64,000 nucleotides of DNA, taken from positions 133,513-197,512 of the forward strand of contig CAVRPP010000007.1 of assembly GCA_963723165.1 (NCBI GenBank). Direction: 5' to 3'. This DNA is from an uncultured Actinomycetota bacterium (GTDB taxonomy: Bacteria > Actinomycetota > Acidimicrobiia > Spongiisociales > UBA4744). Under the pieces are notes generated by a model. It made no database searches. It was given only the letters and a program-made list of their open reading frames with translations, and had not been told where the DNA came from. Positions 27,077-36,803 of the stretch are shown here, one piece after another (the first letter of the stretch is position 1; every line of letters begins with the position of its first letter). The position numbers were made by a program, and so were the translations under genes.

Positions 27077-27094
27077 TTGTGAAACAATTCACAA
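27077..27094 (-). promoter_or_regulatory. Perfect CRP/GlxR-type palindrome TTGTGAA-TTGT-TTCACAA (TGTGA-N6-TCACA) abutting the rhodanese RBS
   Basis: Seen directly in the sequence. The AAGGAG RBS overlaps its 3' end and the ATG follows 12 nt later. Confidence 0.45.
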
Positions 27095-27206
27095 CCTCCC
27101 TCGTGGGGAATCCTACAGGGCGTACGCATGGTCAAAAGCCCCTGTAGCGGGGCAAAGGGGCCCAACAAATGGGGCATTTCGACCCTATGCGCCTTTGTGC
27201 ATCGAG

Positions 27207-30070
27207 TCAGAGCTCAGGACCTATGAGCAGACCGGCCAACCTTGCCGCGGCTGCGCCGGGCCGGGCCAACCAGCGGCTCTGAAAGCAGTCGGTAATGCGC
27301 CACCCGGCTCGGCGGAGAGCCTGATGACGTTCGATGTGCGCCTCAGGTCCGGAAGGATGGACGACGCACTCAACTCCGATGGCCCCCCTTTCGTCCCCGA
27401 CGGAGAGGTCTACGTGCCATCCGGCCACCGGGTAGTTGGCGGTCACAGCCACCGAATAGGTGTCGAGTTCGCCTGCCAGGTCGGCGATCCACTCGACCGG
27501 GCGGGCGGATGCCTGGGAAGGAAGAGGCGGGTGGTGAGCGTGCCTCAGGTAGTCGGCCAGGAGACCCTTGGGGAGATGGTCGGGTTCCAGTGATGTGACG
27601 AGAATCATCTGGGTCCGTGCCCGGGTCACCAGCACATTGAGAAGATTCGGGTCCTCCACGAACCGCAGAGAATTTCCGAGGTCCTCTTTCGAGATCGTGA
27701 GCGAGGCGATCACTACGTCCCGTTCGTTTCCCTGGAAGGCATGAACTGTGCCGGTCCGCAACCCGAGCCGCTCCAGCTCCTCGGGGCCGAAATCGTCGAG
27801 GACGGCTTCCTCGAGGGCGTCGGCCTGAGCCCGAAAAGGGGTGATAACACCGACGCTCGTAGCGCCGGCCGCCCGGGCGTTCCGGATTTCCTCCAACACA
27901 GCCTCTACTTCTGCCCGATTGACTCCGCTTGTGTCCCGGTTCCCGCGCGGGTACGCACGCGAATGGCATCCCGGGTTTCCGTTGCAGGGTGCTGGGTCAT
28001 ATATCGCAACTTCCCGTCGTAGAAGGTTCGATCCGAGAAGGCGATGATGTGCGGCACCGAGCGGAAATGTTCATCGAGCCAGGTGACCGGTGCCGCTCCG
28101 GCGGCCGCGTCGAACAGGCTATTGCGGCGCACATCGAGCAGGCGGGCCAGGTCACCGTCGATCCCGTGAGCCCGGGCAGCGGTGGCGCCGGCCTCGTCGG
28201 CGACGAAGGAAACGTGACGGAGCTGGCGCGGGTCCCCAACAATCAAGGCCCGTCGAGCTCTGGCTAATGCTGGAGCGGCGCGGGTCTGATCGATTTGGCT
28301 CGCCTCGTCGAATATGACCACGTCGAAAATCCCGGGCGTTGTGGGAAGGGTGTCATCGATCTCGGTCAGTGTGCCCAGCCAGAGCGGGAGCACATCCAGG
28401 AAGTGATCTCCCGACAGTTCTCGGAGGGCACGGCGGCGTTGCACCCGACCGGCGCGAAGCGCTGAGGCCAGCGCCGCAACGGCTCTTGTCGACGTGCGAC
28501 GGTTGTTCCGGCGGGCCCGGCGACGGGCTTCGATCGCTTCACCGGCCGCGATTCGCCAACTCGATTCGGCTTGTTCGAGTTGCCGCCATAGAGGTTCGAG
28601 GGTGAGACCTCCACCGGTCAGCCCGTCCCGCACCGCAGCTTCTGCGTGGGCCGCATCAATCGCGACGGCAATCTGTTCGAGGGTGGCATCGGAGCGGGCG
28701 CCCACCCTCCGGCGAAGCTGTTTTTCGGCCTGGTTCCCGCGGAATCGGGCGAGCAGGCCCCGTGTCCCTGTTGCCCTGGTATGCAAGCGATCGACCTCCT
28801 GCAGGTCGGTGTCCTCGTCGAGCACTCCGGGGGCCTGCGAGGTCATCAAGGCGAGAGCATCTCTCCGTTCGAGGCCCTCCGAGAAGGCCTGTTCCCTTGC
28901 CAGCAAGTCTTGAAGCCGCGCCCGCACGCCGTCGGCCTGCCGCCGGGCCTTCGCCAGTCCCTCCTCGAGCTGGTTGAGTTCTGCAGGCGAATACGGACGT
29001 GCCATGCCTTCCGAGAGCTCGGCCGCAGCGGAGGCACGATGCTCGCGACGGCCGAATCGGATGAAGCGCGGCCCCGGGTTACGTTCCAGGAGATCGGCTA
29101 TGACATCCGCGGCGTAGGTGGACTGGGTGGCGACGAGGACCGTGTGCCCGCGTCCGACCTCATCGATGGCAGCTGCAGCAACCAGGTGGCTCTTGCCGGT
29201 TCCCGGCGGACCGGAAACGACCGTGATGTTTTCGTGACGCGCCCTCGCCAGCGCTTCTCGCTGGCGGGCGTTGAGCGGCAAAGGGGATTCAATCGGCAAC
29301 TCGGCGCCGTGGGGCTCATCATCACGAGATGCGTACAGTGTCTCGAAGGCAGTGCCGGAAAGGTTTTCGGAAGCCCAGCCGAGGAGCGCTCCGCGTACAT
29401 TCGGCGCTGCAGTATCACGAACGGTGTAGACCGCAGCTCCCGCAAACACTCGGAGTCCTGGTCCTTGTCGCCCGGCCATAGGGTCGGCGTCGGGACCTTC
29501 GACTCGCGCAGGCGGCAGGCCCGCCTTGTTCACCGCCTCGGCAATCCAGGACTGGAATCGTGGCATACGGTCGAGCAGTTCCCGGCCGGCAGGTACGGCG
29601 CCACCCCCAAACGGGTCCGATGAGTTCTCCAGCGGTTCACGGGCGGTGTCGTCGAAAAGCGCGTCGGGCATTTCAACATCGCCTTCATGGATCACGCGAT
29701 GGGTCCCCGGTCCCCACCGCTGCAGCCGGATCGGCGCGGACAGCAACGGCACACAGAAACGCGTCGGTTTGTCGTGGAAGTTGGCCGAGCCGCACAAGAA
29801 AAGCCATCCGATCCGGAGCAAACGTTCCGCCGGGTGCAACGAGTCGATGGCCGCGAGTCGGTTCAGGTCGCGATTGGCTACCTCGCGCAGCGTCGACGAA
29901 CCGTCCGTGACAACCGGTTCAACGAGGGAGGGGCGCCAGCCGAGGTAGGCGAATTCACTGCTCCGGTGGACGACGTCGAACACCTTCCGACCTTCCGGGG
30001 CGAGATCGGCGAGATAGCGGAGTATGTCCTGGGAGCCGGCCATTAGATGCGCATTCTTGGATCGGACCAT
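27207..30070 (-). pseudogene. SF1 (Upf1-like, AAA_11/AAA_12) DNA helicase with C-terminal DUF559 endonuclease-like domain, interrupted by a frameshift near 27940-27990
   Basis: ORF 27905..30070 carries Walker A GPPGTGKSH through FYDGKL. The downstream frame reads ...SGVNRAEVEAVLEEIRNARAAGATSVGVITPFRAQ...VHAFQGNERD...NVLVTRAR, then the DUF559 motif GW.VD....AIGVECVVH.....GWRI. Confidence 0.75.
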
Positions 30071-30188
30071 TCAACCATCGGTCACGGCGACGTTCTTTGT
30101 TATTCGTTCTTGGTCCGTCGGTGTGGTCCGCGGCCCGGCGATCCCGGCGACACGCGAAGGACCAAATACGGGAACGGGTAACGCCCCC

Positions 30189-31367
30189 CTAGCTCCAGTC
30201 GCAGGCCATCAACCGCAGCATTGCTGTAGTACCGGCCACGATGCCGGTTTCGATGGCGGCTTCGTCGAGGTCGAACCAGGCAGAGTGCAGGTCGGTTTTG
30301 CGATCCGGCAACCGGGCTCCGAGCCGAAACAGCGCTCCGGGGATCTCCTGCAGAAAATACGAGAAATCCTCTGCTCCGAGACTTGCGTGCGTCAATGCCA
30401 CCGCCTGGGTTCCGAGCACACTGGAGACGGCATACTCGACCTCGGCCACCACGAATTGGTCGTTTACCACCGGGGGGATCCCGACTTCGTAGTCGATGAT
30501 GGCAGTCGCCCCGAGCGGCGCCACGATCTCGTGGACGAGCCGTTCGATGAGTTTCGGCATCCGTTCCCAGGTGTCCTGATCGAGGGTTCTGCACGTTCCG
30601 CTCAGCTCAACCGAGGCGGGGATCACGTTACCGGCGATGCCTCCCTGCACCCGTCCGAAGACAAGTGACAGGGGCTTACGGGCGTCGACCAGGCGGTCGA
30701 GGAACGCCGGCAACTGGGTGATGACCTGGCCTGCGGCGAAGATCGTGTCGACTGAGTCGTGAGGTCGGGCTGTATGGCCGCCCGGCCCGTCGATGGTGAT
30801 GAGGAACCGATCCGACGAGCTGGTGATCGGGCCGGTCTTGAAACCGATCTGCCCGGGAGGAAGGGTCGGATCGACGTGAAAGGCGATGATGGCCTGCACT
30901 CCGTCGATGGCGCCCTCACGGAGGAGGTCGTCGGCGCCGCCAGGGAACAGCTCCTCGGCAGGCTGAAAGAGGAATCGCACCCGGCCCGGGAGAGGGCCAA
31001 GTTCTTTGAGTGCAAGGGCGATCCCAACCGCGATCGCGGTATGGGCATCGTGACCGCAAGCGTGCATGAGACCGGGCAGTTCTGATGCGAACGGCAGACC
31101 GGTTTGCTCCCGAATGGGGAGGGCATCCAGGTCGGCCCTGAACGCCACCAGCGAACCGGAATCTCCGAGCTCGGCGATCAAACCGGTGTCTGCGGACCGC
31201 ACCCGGCTCGATATTCCCGCACCGGCAAGGGCCCTGACTACCAACTGGGTGGTGGCAAACTCCTGGCGGCCGAGCTCGGGACGGCGATGGATGGCCCGTC
31301 GCAACTCAACGGCGCGCGGTGCCACCCGGGCGGCAATAGAGCGTATTTCGTCGAGGTCGTATTCCAT
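30189..31367 (-). CDS. M20 family amidohydrolase (N-acyl-amino-acid amidohydrolase / hippurate hydrolase-like)
   Basis: Internal ATG (MEYDLDEI...). Metal-binding motifs HACGHD and FQPAEE. Confidence 0.85.
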   Translation of the reverse strand: MEYDLDEIRSIAARVAPRAVELRRAIHRRPELGRQEFATTQLVVRALAGAGISSRVRSADTGLIAELGDSGSLVAFRADLDALPIREQTGLPFASELPGLMHACGHDAHTAIAVGIALALKELGPLPGRVRFLFQPAEELFPGGADDLLREGAIDGVQAIIAFHVDPTLPPGQIGFKTGPITSSSDRFLITIDGPGGHTARPHDSVDTIFAAGQVITQLPAFLDRLVDARKPLSLVFGRVQGGIAGNVIPASVELSGTCRTLDQDTWERMPKLIERLVHEIVAPLGATAIIDYEVGIPPVVNDQFVVAEVEYAVSSVLGTQAVALTHASLGAEDFSYFLQEIPGALFRLGARLPDRKTDLHSAWFDLDEAAIETGIVAGTTAMLRLMACDWS

Positions 31368-31450
31368 ATAGCTGCGGTGGCTCCCGGAGAGCGGATTCGG
31401 CTGGATGCATGCTATCGGGTTGGGTCGGTGGCCGGTAGTGGCCGACACGG

Positions 31451-34396
31451 TCAATCCTTATAGAACCGCTCCTCAACCAGTCGCCGCGCCCTCCTGGTGA
31501 GCCGCCGGTATTCCTCACGAACCGACGATCGCGGGGCGTCGAAACGGCCCAGAGAGAGAGCCAGGCGGGACAACTCATCCTGATCGGTCGGAAGCGAATC
31601 GACCGGGCGGCCGTATTGCAGGAACAAGCGGTTCCGGACGGTTCCGCAGAAGCGGTAAGCGGCGACCAGATCACGAGCGGCCGACGACGGCAGGCGGCCG
31701 GCCTCGGTGAGCACTTCGAGCGCAGCCTCCGTTCCCTGGGTGCGCAGATCGGGGTTCCGGCTCCCAAACCGCATCTGATGGAGCTGGACGAGGAATTCGA
31801 TGTCGTTCATGCTGCCTTTGCCGAGTTTGAGGTGGAAGTCCGGATCCTCGCCGGGCCCGAGCCGTTCCCGTTCGATGCGGGCTTTCATGGTGCGGATGGC
31901 GCGGATGGCGTCGGGGTTGAGGGTTTCGGGGTAGACGTGGGGGGCGATGAGTTGGGTGAATTGTTCTCCGAGGTGGGGGTCGCCGGCGGCAGGGCGGGCT
32001 TTGATCAGCGATTGGAATTCCCAGGTTTGGGCCCATTTGTCGTAGTAGCCGGCGTAACCGTCGAGGGAACGGGCCAGCGGACCGTTCTTGCCTTCCGGCC
32101 GGAGGTCGGCGTCGACCCTGAAGGCGGCCCCTTCGGGAGTGACTTTGCCGAGGGCGGCCATGAACTCGGCGGCGGTCTTGTTGGCGTAGAGGCGGACCTG
32201 TTCGGGGTCTGCCCCGGCGGGGGGGTCGTAGACGAACAGCATGTCGATGTCGGAGGAGTAGTTGAGTTCTTGTCCTCCCCATTTGCCCATGGCGATCACG
32301 GTGAAGGGGACGGCGGGCAGGTCTTTGAAGGTGGGGGAGCGTCGCAGTTCCTCACCAACGGCGGCCAGAGCGGCCGCTGCGGCGGCGTCGGCGGTGTCGG
32401 CCAGGTCCCGGCCCACTTCGGGCATCGTTGCCTGCCCCAACAAATCCCGCACCGCGATCCACAACAACCTCCGCCGCACAAACCGCCGCACCGCCCGGAA
32501 TCGTTCGGGATAGCTACTTCGCAGCAACACCCTCTGGGTGGCGTTATTGACGAGCTCCGCTTTGGTCGGCAGGGCTGCCAGTGCCCGGTCGTCTCCCAGC
32601 CTGGTGAGAAACTCGGGGATCCGGTCGAGCATCTGTCCGAGAAGGCGGCTGGTTCCCAACAACCGGCACAGGCGTTCGGCCGCGACGGGCGCATCACGGA
32701 GGGTGCCGATCAGTGCCGCATTGTCGGGGAGGGAGGTCACGAGGAGCCGCAGCTGCTCGAGACCGAGGTCCGGGTGGGGGGCGTCCGACAGCCAGTCCAT
32801 CATCAGCGGCAACAGCTGCTGCATCAGCCGGGAGCGTCGCGACAACCCGGTGGTCAACTCGGCCAGTGCCCGTTGAGCCGCTTCGGCGTCCTGGAAGCCG
32901 AGTACAGCTAGTTGACGAGCCGCGCCTTCGGGTGACAGATGCACGGTGGGCGAGGCGGCAAAGGCCTCAAGCAACGGTCGATAGAAGAGGCGCTCGTGAA
33001 TGGTGCGGATGGTTGCGCGGTGCCGCACCAATTCCTCCTCGAAGTGGTCGAGAGCGTCGTGCTGCTCGTCGTCCCGGAATCCCATGCTTTTCGCCAGGCG
33101 GGTCCGCGAGGGCCGGTCCTCCGGCAGCGTGTGGGTCTGCTGCAGATCGTATATCTGGATGCGATGCTCGAGGTTGCGCAACCACTCATAGGAAGCGGCC
33201 AGATCCCGGGCATCATCGTCGCGTACGTAGTCGTGTTCCCCGAGGGTCACGAGCACGTCCAGAGTGCTCGGTGAACGCAACGCCTCGTCGAAGCGGCCGT
33301 GGACGAGTTGGAGCAATTGCACGGCGAACTCGACGTCCCTGATTCCCCCGAATCCCCGCTTGATCTCAGAGTACGAAACCCCGCTTTCCTCGGCCCGACC
33401 CTCGATGCGGGCTTTCATGGTGCGGATGGCGCGGATGGCGTCGGGGTTGAGGGTTTCGGGATAGACGTGGGGGGCGATGAGTTGGGTGAATTGTTCTCCG
33501 AGGTGGGGGTCGCCGGCGGCAGGGCGGGCTTTGATCAGCGATTGGAATTCCCAGGTTTGGGCCCATTTGTCGTAGTAGCCGGCGTAACCGTCGAGGGAAC
33601 GGGCCAGCGGACCGTTCTTGCCTTCCGGCCGGAGGTCGGCGTCGACCCTGAAGGCGGCCCCTTCGGGAGTGACTTTGCCGAGGGCGGCCATGAACTCGGC
33701 GGCGGTCTTGTTGGCGTAGAGGCGGACCTGTTCGGGGTCTGCCCCGGCGGGGGGGTCGTAGACGAACAGCATGTCGATGTCGGAGGAGTAGTTGAGTTCT
33801 TGTCCTCCCCATTTGCCCATGGCGATCACGGTGAAGGGGACGGCGGGCAGGTCTTTGAAGGTGGGGGAGCGTCGCAGTTCCTCACCAACGGCGGCCAGAG
33901 CGGCTGCTGCGGCGGCGTCGGCGGTGTTGGCCAGGTCCCGGCCCACTTCGGGCATCGTTGCCTGCCCCAACAAATCCCGCACCGCGATCCACAACAACCT
34001 CCGCCGCACAAACCGCCGCACCGCCGTCAGGCGCCCGGCAGGGGAGTCGCCGTCGACCGGTTCATCCAGCTCCGGCACCTCCGCCGGTCTGAACCAATCG
34101 GGTTTGGCCCGAACCGTTGAGGCGAGAGCCCGGCTCGAACCGGTAATGGCCACGAGGGCCCGGCCGACGACGGGATCATCGAGCGCCTCTTCGGCCAACC
34201 GGGGTGCTGCTTCGAGGATGGCGATGATCCGGTCCAGGGTCGGTCCGGGTTCAGGCCCGTGCCGTGCCGTCCGCAACAACTCCCGGGCCGGTGGCGCGAC
34301 GAGCCCGTCCTCGCCGATCCACCCGACCGCGGCAAAACGCGGCACGAGTGGTTCGGCAATTCCGAGACGGGCCGGCGAAGCGTCGGTGGTCATCAA
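31451..34396 (-). CDS. glnE: Bifunctional glutamine synthetase adenylyltransferase/adenylyl-removing enzyme
   Basis: 981 aa with two GlnE nucleotidyltransferase halves (GKWGGQELNYSSDIDMLFVY twice). Confidence 0.9.
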   Translation of the reverse strand: MMTTDASPARLGIAEPLVPRFAAVGWIGEDGLVAPPARELLRTARHGPEPGPTLDRIIAILEAAPRLAEEALDDPVVGRALVAITGSSRALASTVRAKPDWFRPAEVPELDEPVDGDSPAGRLTAVRRFVRRRLLWIAVRDLLGQATMPEVGRDLANTADAAAAAALAAVGEELRRSPTFKDLPAVPFTVIAMGKWGGQELNYSSDIDMLFVYDPPAGADPEQVRLYANKTAAEFMAALGKVTPEGAAFRVDADLRPEGKNGPLARSLDGYAGYYDKWAQTWEFQSLIKARPAAGDPHLGEQFTQLIAPHVYPETLNPDAIRAIRTMKARIEGRAEESGVSYSEIKRGFGGIRDVEFAVQLLQLVHGRFDEALRSPSTLDVLVTLGEHDYVRDDDARDLAASYEWLRNLEHRIQIYDLQQTHTLPEDRPSRTRLAKSMGFRDDEQHDALDHFEEELVRHRATIRTIHERLFYRPLLEAFAASPTVHLSPEGAARQLAVLGFQDAEAAQRALAELTTGLSRRSRLMQQLLPLMMDWLSDAPHPDLGLEQLRLLVTSLPDNAALIGTLRDAPVAAERLCRLLGTSRLLGQMLDRIPEFLTRLGDDRALAALPTKAELVNNATQRVLLRSSYPERFRAVRRFVRRRLLWIAVRDLLGQATMPEVGRDLADTADAAAAAALAAVGEELRRSPTFKDLPAVPFTVIAMGKWGGQELNYSSDIDMLFVYDPPAGADPEQVRLYANKTAAEFMAALGKVTPEGAAFRVDADLRPEGKNGPLARSLDGYAGYYDKWAQTWEFQSLIKARPAAGDPHLGEQFTQLIAPHVYPETLNPDAIRAIRTMKARIERERLGPGEDPDFHLKLGKGSMNDIEFLVQLHQMRFGSRNPDLRTQGTEAALEVLTEAGRLPSSAARDLVAAYRFCGTVRNRLFLQYGRPVDSLPTDQDELSRLALSLGRFDAPRSSVREEYRRLTRRARRLVEERFYKD
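31872..32495. repeat. Intragenic direct repeat copy A (624 bp, about 99.5% identical to copy B) inside glnE
   Basis: Aligns base for base with 33402..34025 (offset 1530 bp) with 3 mismatches. Identical antisense ORFs confirm the offset. Confidence 0.9.
33402..34025. repeat. Intragenic direct repeat copy B inside glnE
   Basis: See copy A. Confidence 0.9.
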
Positions 34397-34420
34397 CGCC
34401 AGGCTAGGCCGTTGCCCAAT

Positions 34421-34475
34421 CCCGTTCTGGCGTCAATAAGTGAGGCACAGGCCCCGGAAGTGACGCCAGAACGGG
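34421..34475. repeat. 55 bp palindromic repeat element, copy 1 (15 bp perfect arms CCCGTTCTGGCGTCA / TGACGCCAGAACGGG, 25 nt loop)
   Basis: Lies between the stop of the NTF2-like gene and the glnE start. Related copies at about 39845 and 40848. Confidence 0.7.
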
Positions 34476-34934
34476 TTAGATCTGCGGCTCGGGGATCCTC
34501 TCGACGTATGGCGCCCGCCAGGCGGGGGCTTCGAACGGCTGGGCGAAATAGGTAGTGAGCTTGTAGACCTTCCCGTCCTTGAACTCGCCGATCCAGACCC
34601 CGAAATAGCGTTCGCCGTTCGGATACTCCAGGAATGCCTCGACGGTGAAGGTATGTCCGGCTTCTGAGACCTGGATGGTCGGCAGACCGAATGGCAGCGG
34701 CGACGGTATGACGTTGGTTCTGCCCGGCTCCGCTCCACTGGTGCTGATCACGTCACCCTCCGGTAGGCCCGGATACGCCGAGACGATGGCTTTGAACTTC
34801 TCTAGACCCCTGATCAGTTCGCCCGACTGCGGGTAGGTCTCAACAAAGTCGGGGTGCAGGATCTCGGCCAGCGACTCCAGGTCGTTGCTCATGAACGCTT
34901 CAACCCATAGGTCGACAAGTGCACGGATGTCCAT
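34476..34934 (-). CDS. NTF2-like (SnoaL / ketosteroid isomerase-like) protein
   Basis: 152 aa. The pattern DLWVEAF...DFVETYPQSG is typical of SnoaL-like folds. Confidence 0.55.
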   Translation of the reverse strand: MDIRALVDLWVEAFMSNDLESLAEILHPDFVETYPQSGELIRGLEKFKAIVSAYPGLPEGDVISTSGAEPGRTNVIPSPLPFGLPTIQVSEAGHTFTVEAFLEYPNGERYFGVWIGEFKDGKVYKLTTYFAQPFEAPAWRAPYVERIPEPQI

Positions 34935-35035
34935 TGTCTCTTTCCCTCTGATGCGGTTGCTGAGAACCTACTGAAACCGACCGGGTCGAAGCGGCCTCAA
35001 CCGGGTATTTGATACTGGTCTTCTAGGCTTCACTC

Positions 35036-36751
35036 ATGGACTTTCTTCGCGTTGCGGGCGCCCAGTTGAATCTGGTGGTGGGGGATCTCGAGGGAAATCA
35101 CGACCGAATCACCCGGGCGATGGCATGGGCCGAGAATGAGCAAGCAGACGTTCTGTTGCTCCCCGAGCTGGCCATCACCGGATATCCGCCCGAGGACCTC
35201 TTAATCCGCGGTGCCTTTGTCGACGCCAATCTCGACATTCTCCGCCGGTTGGCCGAAGCGGCAGCCGACGTTGTCACTGTGGTTGGGTTTGCGGATCGGG
35301 TCGGTCCAGTGGCCGACCCGCTCGAGGACGCTGCCGTTCGATCGGTGGCCAACGCCGCCGCCCTTCTCCACCGGGGCGAGATACGCGGGGTGTACCACAA
35401 GGTGTTGCTTCCCAATTACGGAGTCTTCGACGAGGACCGGTATTTCGTTCCCGGCCGGGAGCCGGCCCGGATCTGGGACGTCGGCGGCGTTCCGGTCGGC
35501 GTCTCGATATGTGAGGACATCTGGATTCCGGAAGGACCTCCCACCCACCAGGCCGCGGCCGGTGCCCGTCTGTTGCTCAACATCAACGCTTCGCCCTATC
35601 ACACCGACAAGGCCGAGGAACGGGCCAATTTGCTCGCCGGCCAAGCCTCCCGGTCGGCGGTGCCGGTCGTCTACGTCAACCTGGTCGGCGGCCAGGATGA
35701 GCTGGTCTTCGAGGGTGACAGCATGGTCTTCGACGCCTCCGGTGGTCTCCTGTACCGGGCGGCTGAGTTTGCCGAAGAACTGTTCGTGGTGGATGTGCCG
35801 CTCCCGGCACCTCGCTCTCCCGGTACTGCCGTTGTGAAGGTTCGCCACGACCCGGTGGTCACTCGATCGGCCCGGCCAATCCCCGATTCTGCCGCCCGGC
35901 TCGAACCGGAAGAGGCCGAGATCTACGCGGCGCTGGTGACCGGACTGCAGGATTACGTGCGTAAGAACGGCTTCACCGAGGTCGTGATTGGATTGTCGGG
36001 CGGCATCGATTCAGCCCTGTCCGCAGCCGTCGCCGCAGATGCCCTCGGCCCGGACGCCGTGTGGGGAGTAGCGATGCCCACCCGGTTTTCCTCAGAAGGC
36101 TCGGTGCTCGACGCGGCTGAGCTGGCCAGACTGCTCGGCATCCGATTCGACGTCATTCCTATCGACGACACCTTCGAAGAGTTCCTGACCTCGCTGAAAC
36201 CGGCCTTCGAAGGTACGGATTTCGGGGTCGCAGAGGAGAACCTCCAGGCGCGGATTCGCGGCGCGATCGTGATGGCCCTATCCAACAAGTTTGGACACAT
36301 GGTGGTAACGACCGGCAACAAGTCGGAAGTCGCCGTGGGTTACGCCACTCTCTACGGAGACATGGCGGGTGGTTTCTCGGTGCTCAAGGATGTCTTCAAG
36401 ACGCTTGTCTATCGGCTGGCAGAGTGGCGGAACTCTGAGGCTGAAGTTATCCCCCGATCGATCATCGACAAGCCACCGTCGGCCGAGCTGCGACCCGATC
36501 AGAAAGACAGCGACAGTCTCCCCCCGTACGACCTCCTCGATCAGATCCTGATCCGTTACGTAGAGGAAGACAGGTCGTTGCATGACATCATCGGAGACGG
36601 TTTTGATCCCGACCTTGTCCGTCGAGTTGCCGGCCTGGTTGATCGCAATGAGTACAAGCGGCGCCAGGCGGCACCCGGTGTGAGGATCACTCGCAAGGCA
36701 TTCGGGAAGGATCGCCGCCTCCCCATCACCAACCGCTACCGGGAGTCGTGA
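35036..36751 (+). CDS. nadE: Glutamine-dependent NAD+ synthetase
   Basis: N-terminal CN-hydrolase domain (LPELAITGYPPEDLL) and C-terminal NAD synthase domain (SGGIDSA). Confidence 0.9.
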   Translation: MDFLRVAGAQLNLVVGDLEGNHDRITRAMAWAENEQADVLLLPELAITGYPPEDLLIRGAFVDANLDILRRLAEAAADVVTVVGFADRVGPVADPLEDAAVRSVANAAALLHRGEIRGVYHKVLLPNYGVFDEDRYFVPGREPARIWDVGGVPVGVSICEDIWIPEGPPTHQAAAGARLLLNINASPYHTDKAEERANLLAGQASRSAVPVVYVNLVGGQDELVFEGDSMVFDASGGLLYRAAEFAEELFVVDVPLPAPRSPGTAVVKVRHDPVVTRSARPIPDSAARLEPEEAEIYAALVTGLQDYVRKNGFTEVVIGLSGGIDSALSAAVAADALGPDAVWGVAMPTRFSSEGSVLDAAELARLLGIRFDVIPIDDTFEEFLTSLKPAFEGTDFGVAEENLQARIRGAIVMALSNKFGHMVVTTGNKSEVAVGYATLYGDMAGGFSVLKDVFKTLVYRLAEWRNSEAEVIPRSIIDKPPSAELRPDQKDSDSLPPYDLLDQILIRYVEEDRSLHDIIGDGFDPDLVRRVAGLVDRNEYKRRQAAPGVRITRKAFGKDRRLPITNRYRES

Positions 36752-36803
36752 GCACCGACTCCGGTTCGTCGGTTCGGGACGGCACAGCACTATCCTCCTG
36801 CCC

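Noticed and set aside
27899-27905. Treating 27207..27899 and 27905..30070 as two genuine genes
   Set aside because: Upstream of the GTG at 27899 its frame stays open and continues to encode conserved helicase motifs that overlap the end of the other ORF. A single gene with a frameshift is more parsimonious.
31616-34439. Long plus-strand ORFs inside glnE (31616..32911, 32713..33342, 33299..34120, 33792..34439 and the identical pairs 31671..32282 / 33366..33812)
   Set aside because: They are antisense or out of frame to a gene with clear GlnE homology. Their Gly/Arg/Pro-rich low-complexity translations are typical high-GC artefacts. Their duplication simply mirrors the DNA repeat.
34416-34478. 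Interpreting palindromic element copy 1 simply as the intrinsic terminator of the NTF2-like gene
   Set aside because: A 25 nt loop with no U tract is atypical for an intrinsic terminator, and the same arms recur at two other sites. It was therefore classed as a repeat-family member, though terminator activity is not excluded.
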